The notes beneath the pieces are model-generated. The model did not search any database and had not been told where the DNA came from. It was given only the letters and a program-made list of their open reading frames with translations. A stretch of 52,138 nucleotides of DNA from Pseudomonadota bacterium (GTDB taxonomy: Bacteria; Pseudomonadota; Gammaproteobacteria; GCA-001735895). This document shows, in pieces, positions 8,862 to 18,452 of the stretch. The translations under genes and the position numbers were made by a program. Location: positions 1 through 52,138 of the forward strand of contig JADFJT010000003.1 in the NCBI GenBank assembly GCA_022566015.1, read 5' to 3'. The stretch's first letter is position 1; the number at the start of each line of letters is the position of its first letter.

Positions 8862-10888
8862 TGTCTATCTCGGTCGAAACGTCCGCCATACCTAGCGCCC
8901 CGATTATTCGTCCTAAAACCAGTAAGGACGATCGAACTATGATCGCCTTCATGCTGGTCATTGGCCTGTACCTGATTATTGCGCTGGCCTTGCCGCTCTA
9001 TGCGATGTTGTCCAAGTCTTTTTCGACTTATTCATTCGATTTGAGTAATTTTGAATTTCAGGTCGATAAAGGTGAGGGTTGGAGTGAGCCCATCACCGCC
9101 CTGGCTCTCAATGAAAATCTAAATGTGGTTAAACCCGAAGAGCTGAAAACCAGTTCCGACGGAAGGTTAGGGGTAACTGCATTTTTTCCCGATTTCAACT
9201 TCCGTAGTCCGACTAAATACAGGCTACGTCAAATAAGGCTCGATAGTTCTTTTTTGGTCGGCAGCAAGCGCGTCGCCGATACCGAGTGGCACGAGTATGA
9301 ATCGAACCAATTCAGGCGTATCGTCCTGCGCCCGTCATCTGCGACAGGGCTGGAAAATTTTCGCACTTATTTCTCGACACCTGCGCTTTTCCGTTCCATT
9401 GAAAATTCACTATTTATTGCCGTACTGAGCACCATAATAACCGTTAGCCTGGCATTTGGATTCGCTTATGCGCTTAATCGCAGCAAAATGCGTTTCAAAG
9501 GAGTATTTCGATTGATCGCCATGGCGCCGATACTGGTGCCATCCTTATTGCCGGGTATAGCGCTGGTCTACCTGTTTGGCAATCAGGGTATGATCAAGGG
9601 GATGTTGTTCGGCGAATCTATCTACGGGCCGATCGGAATCGTGATCGGGTCGGTGTTTTTTACCTTTCCACATGCCTTGATCATTATTACCACGGCGCTG
9701 GCCATTTCGGATTCAAGACTATATGAAGCTGCGATATCGCTGCGCGCCAGTCGCTGGAGAACCTTCTGGACAGTCACCATTCCTGGTGCCCGCTATGGAT
9801 TAATATCGGCAGCATTTGTTGTTTTCAACCTGGTAATCACCGATTTCGGTCTGCCAAAGGTCATTGGTGGTCAGTACAACATGCTTGCCGTGGATATTTA
9901 TAAACAGGTAATTGGCCAGCAGAATTTTGAAATGGGCGCAGTGGTCTCGGTAGTTCTGTTGATTCCGGCGTTATTTGCATTTTCTATTGACCGCTACGTA
10001 CAGAAACGACAGGTCGCTGTGTTGACGGCGCAATCGGTACCATTTGAAGCAAAGCCACATAAACAATTTGATTTGATCTGTCTTTGCTACTGCCTGTTGG
10101 TCGGTATATTCATTGTCGGGCTCATTGGCGTCTGTCAGTATGCCGCCTTGATCAAATTCTGGCCCTATCAGTTAAGTTTGAGTCTGGTCAATTATAATTT
10201 TGACGTGATGGACGGGGGTGGGTGGGCCTCTTATACCAACTCGATTCAATTGGGTATCTATACTGCGATTGCGGGCACTATTCTGGTTTTTTCAGGCGCC
10301 TACGTGGTCGAGAAAACTAACGGTTTTTTCGCTACTCGATCAGCCTTTCAGTTTCTTGCGATGATGCCGATGGCAATTCCCGGCCTGGTTCTGGGCCTGG
10401 CCTACATCTTTTTCTTTAACGATCCCGCCAACCCACTGAATGGCCTGTACGCGACCATGGGGATCCTGGTAATTTGTACCGTGACTCACTTTTACACGGT
10501 CTCACATCTCACCGCTCTTACTGCTTTGAAGCAAATGGACAGGGAGTTTGAAGCGGTCGCCTCATCCCTGAAGCAACCATTCTACCGACTGGTTTCGGGC
10601 GTTACGATCCCGGTTTGCCTGCCCGCAATACTGGATATATCGATCTACCTGTTCGTCAACGCCATGACGACTGTCTCGGCGGTCATATTTTTGTATTCTC
10701 CCGATACGGCACTGGCGGCAATTGCAGTACTCAATATGGATGATGCCGGTGATGTTGCGCCCGCGGCGGCGATGGGCATGATGATTTTCTATACCAATGT
10801 GGTCGCGCGCTTGATCCATCTGCTGATTTCACGAAAAGTATTACGCAGGACCCAGGCTTGGCGCTCGCGCGAGTCCGTTGCCGATTGA
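8858..10888 (+). CDS. Putative 2-aminoethylphosphonate ABC transporter permease (fused double TMD)
   Basis: Two EAA-loop regions (LYEAAISL, FEAVASSL), TDFGLPKVIGG, LNMDDAGD.APAAAM and C-terminal RRTQAWR. Confidence 0.85.
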   Translation: MMSISVETSAIPSAPIIRPKTSKDDRTMIAFMLVIGLYLIIALALPLYAMLSKSFSTYSFDLSNFEFQVDKGEGWSEPITALALNENLNVVKPEELKTSSDGRLGVTAFFPDFNFRSPTKYRLRQIRLDSSFLVGSKRVADTEWHEYESNQFRRIVLRPSSATGLENFRTYFSTPALFRSIENSLFIAVLSTIITVSLAFGFAYALNRSKMRFKGVFRLIAMAPILVPSLLPGIALVYLFGNQGMIKGMLFGESIYGPIGIVIGSVFFTFPHALIIITTALAISDSRLYEAAISLRASRWRTFWTVTIPGARYGLISAAFVVFNLVITDFGLPKVIGGQYNMLAVDIYKQVIGQQNFEMGAVVSVVLLIPALFAFSIDRYVQKRQVAVLTAQSVPFEAKPHKQFDLICLCYCLLVGIFIVGLIGVCQYAALIKFWPYQLSLSLVNYNFDVMDGGGWASYTNSIQLGIYTAIAGTILVFSGAYVVEKTNGFFATRSAFQFLAMMPMAIPGLVLGLAYIFFFNDPANPLNGLYATMGILVICTVTHFYTVSHLTALTALKQMDREFEAVASSLKQPFYRLVSGVTIPVCLPAILDISIYLFVNAMTTVSAVIFLYSPDTALAAIAVLNMDDAGDVAPAAAMGMMIFYTNVVARLIHLLISRKVLRRTQAWRSRESVAD

Positions 10889-11090
10889 CTAGGTTTTCCC
10901 CGCTATATTCCCTGCTCAGGCAGTTATTCCCGATGCTATTTTCTGCGGTGAAATGCCGTTAGGACAGTATTTGAGGATTTATTTCGACAGAAATAGCCTA
11001 TATGACACAAATATACTACTTGACTATATTCTTTTAATACATATAGTTACAATACATAGTTAATCTTAATTATAGTAACGAGAGGTAATT

Positions 11091-11204
11091 GTGGATATAA
11101 TTGATGTAGTTATGGAGGCAGTAATCACCAGCACGGCGCCCAGCACCTGGTTTTTGATTATTAGTCTTTTCTTTACCTACAGATACTTTCGAAAATCCCG
11201 GTAA
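11091..11204 (+). CDS. Putative 37-aa single-pass membrane peptide
   Basis: GAGAGG RBS, GTG start, MDIIDVVMEAVITSTAPSTWFLIISLFFTYRYFRKSR*: a hydrophobic stretch followed by a basic tail. Below the ORF-track cutoff. Confidence 0.4.
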   Translation: MDIIDVVMEAVITSTAPSTWFLIISLFFTYRYFRKSR

Positions 11205-11540
11205 GTTTCCACGACATCGGTATTCGCGTCTTTGGGTCGGCAAATTCCGACCCGATAGCTTCCTGACCCCGTTTGAAAATTGACTCCCAGCCAATTTAAG
11301 CTGTGAAACCCACAGCTTAGTCATTAGACTTTTTTTTATCCAGTGTGGGTAAGGTTTGTCATACCTACATTTATATAATTAAGCAACCTCTGAACAATTC
11401 GTCATGAATTGTCAGAGGACGTAAAACGAAAAATGTAATTTTCATTTTTCTCTCAAAATCGATATCTTGCAGGTATCGATTTTGGTGGCACATCCCTGTA
11501 CCATGGAATCTCTGAGTTAATCAGAGTTTTCTTAAGTGTC

Positions 11541-12245
11541 ATGACTAAAAATGCATTGATTGTCGGTGCCGGAAGTGGAAACAGCGCCTCTTTTGCCCGT
11601 GCTCTGGCTCGTCAGGGTGCCAAAGTTGCACTCGCTGCGCGTAATATCGAAAAGCTCGACCCGCTAACCAGTGACATCGACGGTATTTCCATCGCCTGCG
11701 ATGCTACCGATGCCGAGCAGGTAGCCGCGCTGTTTGAGCAGCTGGATCAGTCGATGGGAACGCTCGACGTGGTGCTCTATAACCCGAGTGCCTTTATCGC
11801 AGGGCCGGTTGCCGAGCTCGACCCTGCCAAAGTTCATCAGTCGCTAATGCAAACAGCCTTCGGGGCATTTTTGGTCGCACAGCAAGCCGCGAAACGTATG
11901 CAGCAGGCGGGTTCAGGGGCGATTTTTTTCACCGGCGCAACCGCCAGCATCAAGGGGTTCCCAAATTTCTCATCCTTTGCGATGGGGAAATTCGCCTTGC
12001 GAGGCTTGACTCAAAGTCTAGCGCGTGAACTGGGTCCAGCCAATATTCACATCGCTCATTTCATTATCGACGGCGGCATAGCTTCACCCGGTCGAGATTT
12101 GGAACAGCAGACACCAGCGAGCAATACCGACGATTCGATGCTGGAACCCGATGCCATTGCCGAAACTTACATGGCGGTATTAAATCAGCATCGCAGCGCC
12201 TGGAGTCTGGAGGTTGATTTACGGCCCTGGAAGGAAACATTCTAG
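11541..12245 (+). CDS. Short-chain dehydrogenase/reductase
   Basis: ALIVGAGSGNS, FTGATAS, F..GKFALRGL.QSLARELGP..IH.AH.IIDG. Confidence 0.9.
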   Translation: MTKNALIVGAGSGNSASFARALARQGAKVALAARNIEKLDPLTSDIDGISIACDATDAEQVAALFEQLDQSMGTLDVVLYNPSAFIAGPVAELDPAKVHQSLMQTAFGAFLVAQQAAKRMQQAGSGAIFFTGATASIKGFPNFSSFAMGKFALRGLTQSLARELGPANIHIAHFIIDGGIASPGRDLEQQTPASNTDDSMLEPDAIAETYMAVLNQHRSAWSLEVDLRPWKETF

Positions 12246-12446
12246 CGGGTACCTCCAAAAATGCGCTTTTTCCGCGATAGCCGCGTCTGTTCCATGCTGG
12301 TACGCCAGCCCGGTCAATCCTCGTGTATTATTCATACACTCCGGTTCTGTGCGTGGAACTTCCTTGCTCTCGCGAAAAAATCACTATTTTTTGCGGCACC
12401 CTTGTAATTGAGATTTAAAAAACAATTCGGCTAGAGGTATAGTTTT

Positions 12447-13127
12447 ATGGAAAGTGTGCTCGAACCAGTCGATTATCTGAATCCTGATGTACCTGCCCGC
12501 TTGCCGTGGCACGAGGTACCGGTGATTCGGGCGAGTGCGGACACTTTGCGGGGATATGGTTGTCTGGTAGACGATGCCGAGAAGCATGAAATTGAAATTG
12601 TGCAATGGCCGGCACAGGGCTGGCGTCCGGTCGATACCGACACCGGTGATGAGGGTGGTGTCGTGGGAGGTGTGTTTCACACTGAATGGGTGGGCGATGT
12701 GCTCAAAGCGCATAATGATGCAGTTCAGGGCGAATACGTACTTGGGTGGCGTTGCAATCCTGGCGACGTCAACGCGGGTAAAGAGCAAGACGTGGCCGAC
12801 AGGGTGCTGCTGTGGCATTTGAACTATCATCCCGATGGTGGACAACTATTTTTTCCTCAGCAAAAACAGCCATTCGTAGTTCCGCTTGCTTTACCTGGCG
12901 ACGATTTGACCCTGGAACGAATCGTTGCTTTTTGGTGTGATGGTAGTCAGGGTTTGTATATTAATCCAGGCATCTGGCATGATGGTGTTTTCCCGGTCAT
13001 GCGAAAACAGTCATTTCTCGATCGCCAGGGACGGGTGCACGCACGCGTGAGTTGTAACATTGCCGCAGAATTCGGCGTGTTTTTGCACGTCAGCCTGTCG
13101 GAGAGTTTAGAGTCCCAGGAGGGGTGA
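12447..13127 (+). CDS. Ureidoglycolate lyase/hydrolase-like cupin protein
   Basis: NYHPDGGQLFFP and GLYINPGIWH cupin-type motifs; AGAGG RBS. Confidence 0.55.
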   Translation: MESVLEPVDYLNPDVPARLPWHEVPVIRASADTLRGYGCLVDDAEKHEIEIVQWPAQGWRPVDTDTGDEGGVVGGVFHTEWVGDVLKAHNDAVQGEYVLGWRCNPGDVNAGKEQDVADRVLLWHLNYHPDGGQLFFPQQKQPFVVPLALPGDDLTLERIVAFWCDGSQGLYINPGIWHDGVFPVMRKQSFLDRQGRVHARVSCNIAAEFGVFLHVSLSESLESQEG

Positions 13128-13306
13128 TCGATGAGTATGGTCATGCCGTGCTCGACGCGGCATCCTGCCAAACAAACGCGATCGCAGAACGCACCCTGTC
13201 TCGAATTGCTAATAAACAATAAAGGTTTGGATTGTGCATTTTTATCAATGTGCTGCATCCCGCTATCGGAGTTGCGGGAAGTCAGATGTTTGCTGTGACA
13301 AAATTT

Positions 13307-13762
13307 CTAGCGCTTTTTTAAACTGATCTGACGTCCAACCCAATCGGGCTTTTCTTTGGCGGCGGCTTTTTTTAACGCCTGCTGCACCGATGCAGGCATT
13401 TCGATCGTGCGTGACTCCCGCGTGCTATAGTGCAAAACCAAAAATTCTCCGGTCGCGCACAGCTTCCCGTGGACCAACATTAGGTGGGCAAACCAGATTT
13501 TCTTCGCATCTGATCCGAGGATAATCGACTCTATATTCATCACTGCAGGCGAGCGCACTTCACTGAGATAACGTAAGTGAGTTTCTACCGTGTAGAGTGC
13601 GCAGCCTGTTTCCTCGAAGTAGTCCACACCTATAGCTAAGTGATCCTGCAACTTCCAGGTGGCATTGGAAAATGGCACCAGGTAATAGGCTTCATTCAGG
13701 TGGCCGTAGGCATCCAGCCATTCGTCTTTCAGGGGCTCGCTATGTAATTTGAATTTTGTCAT
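13307..13762 (-). CDS. Hotdog-fold acyl-CoA thioesterase (4HBT-like, resembles carnitine/betaine-pathway thioesterases)
   Basis: EWLDAYGHLNEAYY, YTVETHLRYL.EV, C-terminal PDWVGRQI. Confidence 0.8.
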   Translation of the reverse strand: MTKFKLHSEPLKDEWLDAYGHLNEAYYLVPFSNATWKLQDHLAIGVDYFEETGCALYTVETHLRYLSEVRSPAVMNIESIILGSDAKKIWFAHLMLVHGKLCATGEFLVLHYSTRESRTIEMPASVQQALKKAAAKEKPDWVGRQISLKKR

Positions 13763-13918
13763 CTGCTAGGGCTCCCAAAAATCTTGCATCGATGAATCAG
13801 TATAGAATTTTTACTGGATTGTTAAAAGTGGAGTACCTGAAATCAACCTGGCCACTGTTCTACTGATTATTTCAAATAATTATTTTGCACTATCGTTATC
13901 TGATAGTAGAATCGCGCG

Positions 13919-14845
13919 ATGAAAACCATCGTCAAAATTACCGACCTGTCCAAAACTTACGAGTCGGGCCAACAGGCGCTTAAAAATATCAACCTCGATA
14001 TTTACGACGGCGAAATCCTCGCACTGCTCGGGCCCAATGGCGCGGGCAAAACTACTCTGATATCGATTATATGCGGCATCGTTTCAGCCAGCAGCGGGTC
14101 GGTTACCGTGGCTGGTCACGATATTATTAGCGGCTACCGCATCACACGTGAAATGATCGGGCTGGTGCCGCAGGAACTCACCCTCGGTGCATTCGATACA
14201 GTCTGGAATACAGTCAATTTTAGCCGTGGCTTGTTTGGAAAAAAACCGGACGCTGTATTTATCGAAAAATTGCTTAAGGATTTGTCGCTGTACGACAAAA
14301 AAGATGATGAACTGAGAGAATTGTCAGGTGGAATGAGGCGACGGGTTTTGATCGCCAAGGCGTTGTCGCACGAGCCCAGGATTTTGTTTCTAGACGAACC
14401 GACCGCCGGGGTAGATGTCGAATTACGTAAGGATATGTGGAAGCTGGTGCGAGGTTTGAACGAATCTGGTGTGACGATAATCCTAACCACGCATTACATC
14501 GCAGAAGCGGAAGAAATAGCCGATCGTGTCGGCATTATAAACGATGGAGAGTTATTGCTGGTGGATCAGAAGCAGGCCTTGATGCGCGATCTCGGCAAAA
14601 AACATCTGGTGCTTGAAATGAAGCAGGTAGTGGAATCTCTGCCCGAATCCCTGAGCGAATATAATCTTGATATTTCCGCCGATGGTAAACAGTTGACTTA
14701 TACCTACCAAACCCACGGTAATCGCACCGGTATCACCGCGCTGTTGCAAAGCTTGCACGAGGCTGGGTTAGCGCTGAAAGATTTGAAAACCAGCCAGACC
14801 TCACTGGAAGAAATTTTCGTCAAACTGGTCAGGAGGGATCGATGA
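13919..14845 (+). CDS. yadG: ABC-2 type transporter ATP-binding protein (YadG-like)
   Basis: [34 protein letters not shown]. Confidence 0.85.
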   Translation: MKTIVKITDLSKTYESGQQALKNINLDIYDGEILALLGPNGAGKTTLISIICGIVSASSGSVTVAGHDIISGYRITREMIGLVPQELTLGAFDTVWNTVNFSRGLFGKKPDAVFIEKLLKDLSLYDKKDDELRELSGGMRRRVLIAKALSHEPRILFLDEPTAGVDVELRKDMWKLVRGLNESGVTIILTTHYIAEAEEIADRVGIINDGELLLVDQKQALMRDLGKKHLVLEMKQVVESLPESLSEYNLDISADGKQLTYTYQTHGNRTGITALLQSLHEAGLALKDLKTSQTSLEEIFVKLVRRDR

Positions 14846-15603
14846 ATATCCAGGCTATTCGAGTGATTTATAAAAACGAAATGCTGCGCGCCTGGAATAC
14901 TCTGTTGCAATCTCTTGCTTCGCCGGTGATTTCGACGTCGCTTTATTTTGTCGTGTTTGGGGCGGCTATAGGTTCGCGCATCGAAGAAATTGATGGCGTA
15001 GCTTACGGCGTCTTTATTGTCCCCGGACTGGTGATGCTATCGTTATTGACCCAAAGTATTGCAAATGCTTCGTTTGGCATTTTCTTCCCTAAATTTACTG
15101 GCGCTATATACGAGGTTATGTCCGCTCCGATTTCTTTCTTCGAAATAATCGTTGGTTATGTCGGTGCTGCGGCGACTAAATCGCTGATTTTGGGTGTGAT
15201 TATTCTGATTACAGCCAACCTTTTCGTCGATTTGCATATCGCACACCCATTCTGGATGATGACTTTTTTAATTTTAACCTGCATTTCGTTCTCCCTGTTT
15301 GGTTTTATCATTGGACTGTGGGCCACCAATTTCGAAAAACTTCAGTTGATTCCAATGCTGATCATCACGCCGCTAGTATTTCTCGGTGGAAGCTTTTATT
15401 CGATAAGTATGCTTCCACCCGCCTGGCAAACAGTCACCCTGTTCAATCCAGTGCTCTATTTGATCAGTGGATTTCGCTGGAGCTTCTTCGAGGTAGCAGA
15501 CGTGAGTGTCGAAATTAGCCTCGCCATGATAATGGTATTTCTGGCATGCTGTCTGGCACTGGTCTGGTGGATGTTTAAAACCGGCTATCGGCTTAGACAA
15601 TAG
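14842..15603 (+). CDS. yadH: ABC-2 type transporter permease (YadH-like)
   Basis: [36 protein letters not shown]-terminal TGYRLR; ATGA overlap with the ATPase. Confidence 0.85.
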   Translation: MNIQAIRVIYKNEMLRAWNTLLQSLASPVISTSLYFVVFGAAIGSRIEEIDGVAYGVFIVPGLVMLSLLTQSIANASFGIFFPKFTGAIYEVMSAPISFFEIIVGYVGAAATKSLILGVIILITANLFVDLHIAHPFWMMTFLILTCISFSLFGFIIGLWATNFEKLQLIPMLIITPLVFLGGSFYSISMLPPAWQTVTLFNPVLYLISGFRWSFFEVADVSVEISLAMIMVFLACCLALVWWMFKTGYRLRQ

Positions 15604-15629
15604 GGGGTCGCTAGTCTGGTGCTGAAAGA

Positions 15630-15712
15630 GGTAAAAGACGGCCATCCGTGGCCATAGTGTCCTGGGAGGAGAAGGATACCCGCGATCCCGTGGATCGGTC
15701 GCGGGCGGTAAT
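15630..15712 (-). ncRNA. Candidate 3'-UTR structured RNA with a cuckoo-like UCUCCUCCC loop downstream of the DUF1127 gene
   Basis: Minus strand has three hairpins: CCCG..CGATCC-ACG-GGATCG-CGGG; TCCT-[TCTCCTCCC]-AGGA; GGCCA-CGGA-TGGCC followed by GTCTTTT. Confidence 0.45.
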
Positions 15713-15714
15713 TC

Positions 15715-15954
15715 TTAACGCTGCCAGAAGTGCTTGCTAATTTCGTTCACGACGTCGTATCGATTGAGGCCAATATCGTTCAACATATGGTCGTTCAATC
15801 GCGCCAGTTGACGACGAGATTCTGTGCGGGTGATCCAGGTGCCAACGGTTTTATCGACAGATTTCGCGGTTGCTTCAATTTTTTGTACCATAGCGTAAAG
15901 TGCGGAACTGATGTCAAAGTCGTCGAGTATTTGGTGTAGTCTTAATGTGGTCAT
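15715..15954 (-). CDS. DUF1127 (YjiS-like) small protein, 79 aa
   Basis: W..R.ESRRQLARLNDHMLNDIGL.R.DV..E.SK.FWQ signature; AAGGAG RBS before ATG 15954. Confidence 0.85.
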   Translation of the reverse strand: MTTLRLHQILDDFDISSALYAMVQKIEATAKSVDKTVGTWITRTESRRQLARLNDHMLNDIGLNRYDVVNEISKHFWQR

Positions 15955-16019
15955 GGTGTTGCTCCTTAATAAATCTGCCTGGTGGACGAAACCGGCAGCA
16001 GGGTTAATTAATGATGATG

Positions 16020-16094
16020 AGTATAGACGCAAACTGTTATAGTAACAGATACAGATTTATAAAAATCTATACATAACAGTTTACCATAACAGTT
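16020..16094 (-). promoter_or_regulatory. Promoter/operator of the DUF1127 gene: -10 TATACT plus repeated (C)ATAACAGTT boxes
   Basis: AAACTGTTAT (16031-16040) is the inverted partner of ATAACAGTTT (16073-16082); CATAACAGTT is directly repeated at 16072 and 16085; TATACT on the minus strand at 16020-16025. Confidence 0.5.
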
Positions 16095-16111
16095 GATCTG
16101 TCTGATTAAAA

Positions 16112-16127
16112 TGTGACGTAGTTCACA
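16112..16127. promoter_or_regulatory. CRP-type binding site
   Basis: TGTGA-CGTAGT-TCACA, an exact TGTGA-N6-TCACA core, upstream of the DUF1127 gene. Confidence 0.55.
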
Positions 16128-16418
16128 GGATAAATTACTACCCGGGCGATTCGCATTTTAGCCGTTACAGGAAAATTCGCTCGGAAGAATTTTAACTCGT
16201 TGAATATAAACAATTAAAATTAAAAATTAAAGACCAAATTGGCCGCTAAATCATGCTTTTTCCAGGCGCCTGGCCGTTGCTCCCTGTAGGGCGCGAAATT
16301 ACTTGGATAGAAGTCGAAAACAGTTGTTGAGATATTGCCCGTAATTTTTCAAAACAGATGAACCTGCTAAAAATATAATTGACAGTGGTCGATATTTTCT
16401 AGGTAGATATGCAGTATT

Positions 16419-17393
16419 CTAAATTTCTAGCACAGTCGATCCAGTGGTATTTCTTGCCTCCAGACTACGGTGAGCGTCGGCACATTCGGCCAGTGAAAAA
16501 GATTGATTCACATGTATTTTGACTGCGCCACTGATTACCACTTCGAATAGTTTATTAGCCCCCTGCTCAAGTAGTTCGCGCGTTGAGGTATGTGTCGCCA
16601 GTGTGGGACGGGTGACATAAAGTGACCCTTTTGGCGCAAGAATAGATGGACTAAACGGTTCCACCGGTCCGCTAGCATTTCCAAAAGTGGCGAGCACGCC
16701 AAATGGCCTGAGCGAATCGAGCGAAGATTCGAAAGTTGCCTTACCGATTGAGTCGTATACCGCGGCAACGCCAGCCCCCTCGGTAATGTCGCGCACGCGC
16801 GTGGCAATATCTTCTTTGCGATAGAGAATGGTGTGCTCGCAACCATTTGCTTTCGCCAGATCGGCTTTTACATCCGAGCCTACGCAACCGATTACACTCA
16901 CCCCAAGCTGGCGTGCCCACTGGCAAAGGATTAGTCCCACGCCGCCTGCAGCGGCGTATACCAGTATAGTATCGCCAGATTGTACCGGATAGGTGCGATG
17001 CAGCAGGTAATGCGCGGTAAGCCCCTTTAACATCATTGCTGCCGCGGTCTGGTCGTTAATGCTGTCGGGTATTTTGAGCAAGTATTTTGCATCGATCAAG
17101 CGTGCCTCGGCGTATGCACCAAGCTGCATCGGGTAGGCGACCCGGTCACCGACTTTCAGTGAACCTGCACCCTCGGCGATTGCATCGACGACGCCAACCG
17201 CTTCCATGCCGAGAGTAGCCGGGAGTTCACCCACTGGATATAGGCCGGTACGACCGTATACGTCGATATAATTCAAACCGCAGGCTGTTTGACGTAATCG
17301 CACCTGACCTTCATCTGGATCGCCAACTTCGATTGATTCCCAGCGCAAAACTTCAGGGCCGCCGTGTTCGTTGATTCGGATTGCTTTAGTCAT
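16419..17393 (-). CDS. qor: NADPH:quinone oxidoreductase (zeta-crystallin family)
   Basis: GGPEVL, GLNYID, AAAGGVG, FGNASG, KGSLYVTRPTL, R.TTGSTVL. Confidence 0.9.
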   Translation of the reverse strand: MTKAIRINEHGGPEVLRWESIEVGDPDEGQVRLRQTACGLNYIDVYGRTGLYPVGELPATLGMEAVGVVDAIAEGAGSLKVGDRVAYPMQLGAYAEARLIDAKYLLKIPDSINDQTAAAMMLKGLTAHYLLHRTYPVQSGDTILVYAAAGGVGLILCQWARQLGVSVIGCVGSDVKADLAKANGCEHTILYRKEDIATRVRDITEGAGVAAVYDSIGKATFESSLDSLRPFGVLATFGNASGPVEPFSPSILAPKGSLYVTRPTLATHTSTRELLEQGANKLFEVVISGAVKIHVNQSFSLAECADAHRSLEARNTTGSTVLEI

Positions 17394-17561
17394 TTGTTGT
17401 CCTGGTCGTTGAGGTAAAGCTGCTGATCAGCAAGATTGGTTGTATTATGCAAAAAATGAGCGTGGCTTCAATGGTCACGAATTCCGACCCGCTGGCATAG
17501 CCGGCTTGCCAAGTTTATACCAATCCGATATCGTCAAAGTGTTATTTTCAATCTGGGACAT

Positions 17562-18428
17562 TTGATCATGCACTCGCTAGAGTTACCCGGATCACTGGTC
17601 AATGCTGACTGGCTATATGATCATATCGATCATTCGCAACTAGTACTTTTTGACGCCAGTTGGCACATGCCAGCCACGCAGCGAGTCGCGCGTGAAGAAT
17701 GGCGTAAGCAGCAAATCAGCAATGCGCGTTATTTCGATTTCGACCAGGCGATATGTGCCCCCGATTCCGAGCTGCCCCACATGATGCCCGATGCAGCGCG
17801 GTTTACCACCGAAGTGCAAAAACTGGGATTAAATCAGGATAGCGTGGTCGTGGTGTATGACACACTGGGATTATTTTCGAGCCCACGTGTGTGGTGGATG
17901 TTAAGGGCGATGGGGTTTGAATCCTGTGCGATCCTGGACGGCGGATTACCCGCCTGGAAGAAGGCCGGTTATCCGCTCAGCAACGAAACAGAAGCGAGTC
18001 CAGTTAGACCTGGAAATTTTGTCGCTGCCACTGTCGCCAACCGTTTCTGTGATGTAAACGTGGTGCTCGATGCCATCAACGATCAATCGGTCACGATACT
18101 CGACGCCAGATCGGGAGAGCGATTTCGTGGGGAAGTCGAAGAACCTCGCCCCGGACTCAAGAAAGGCCATATACCAGGAGCCAGTAATTTGCCTTTTCCC
18201 AATCTGGTATCGGAGGGTATTCTGAAACCAGAATCGGAGTTGAAGACAATTTTCCGGGAATTGATACCGCAGGGAAACCATACAATATGTAGCTGTGGTT
18301 CGGGCATAACCGCCTGTGTGATCGCGTTTGGTGCACACATGGCCGGGCATCATAATGTTTCGGTCTACGACGGTTCCTGGTGCGAATGGGGCCAGCCGGG
18401 CGATTTACCGGTGGTATGCGGGGATTAA
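17562..18428 (+). CDS. sseA: 3-mercaptopyruvate/thiosulfate sulfurtransferase (tandem rhodanese)
   Basis: DASWHMP, RVWWML, LDGGL, GHIPGA, active-site CGSGITAC, YDGSWCEW. Confidence 0.9.
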   Translation: MIMHSLELPGSLVNADWLYDHIDHSQLVLFDASWHMPATQRVAREEWRKQQISNARYFDFDQAICAPDSELPHMMPDAARFTTEVQKLGLNQDSVVVVYDTLGLFSSPRVWWMLRAMGFESCAILDGGLPAWKKAGYPLSNETEASPVRPGNFVAATVANRFCDVNVVLDAINDQSVTILDARSGERFRGEVEEPRPGLKKGHIPGASNLPFPNLVSEGILKPESELKTIFRELIPQGNHTICSCGSGITACVIAFGAHMAGHHNVSVYDGSWCEWGQPGDLPVVCGD

Positions 18429-18452
18429 CGTCGCGCAATAAAAATCGGTAAA

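Noticed and set aside
11383-11430. Definite c-di-GMP-I riboswitch call
   Set aside because: Lacks the GNRA tetraloop/receptor and a proper second stem; kept only as an unexplained hairpin cluster.
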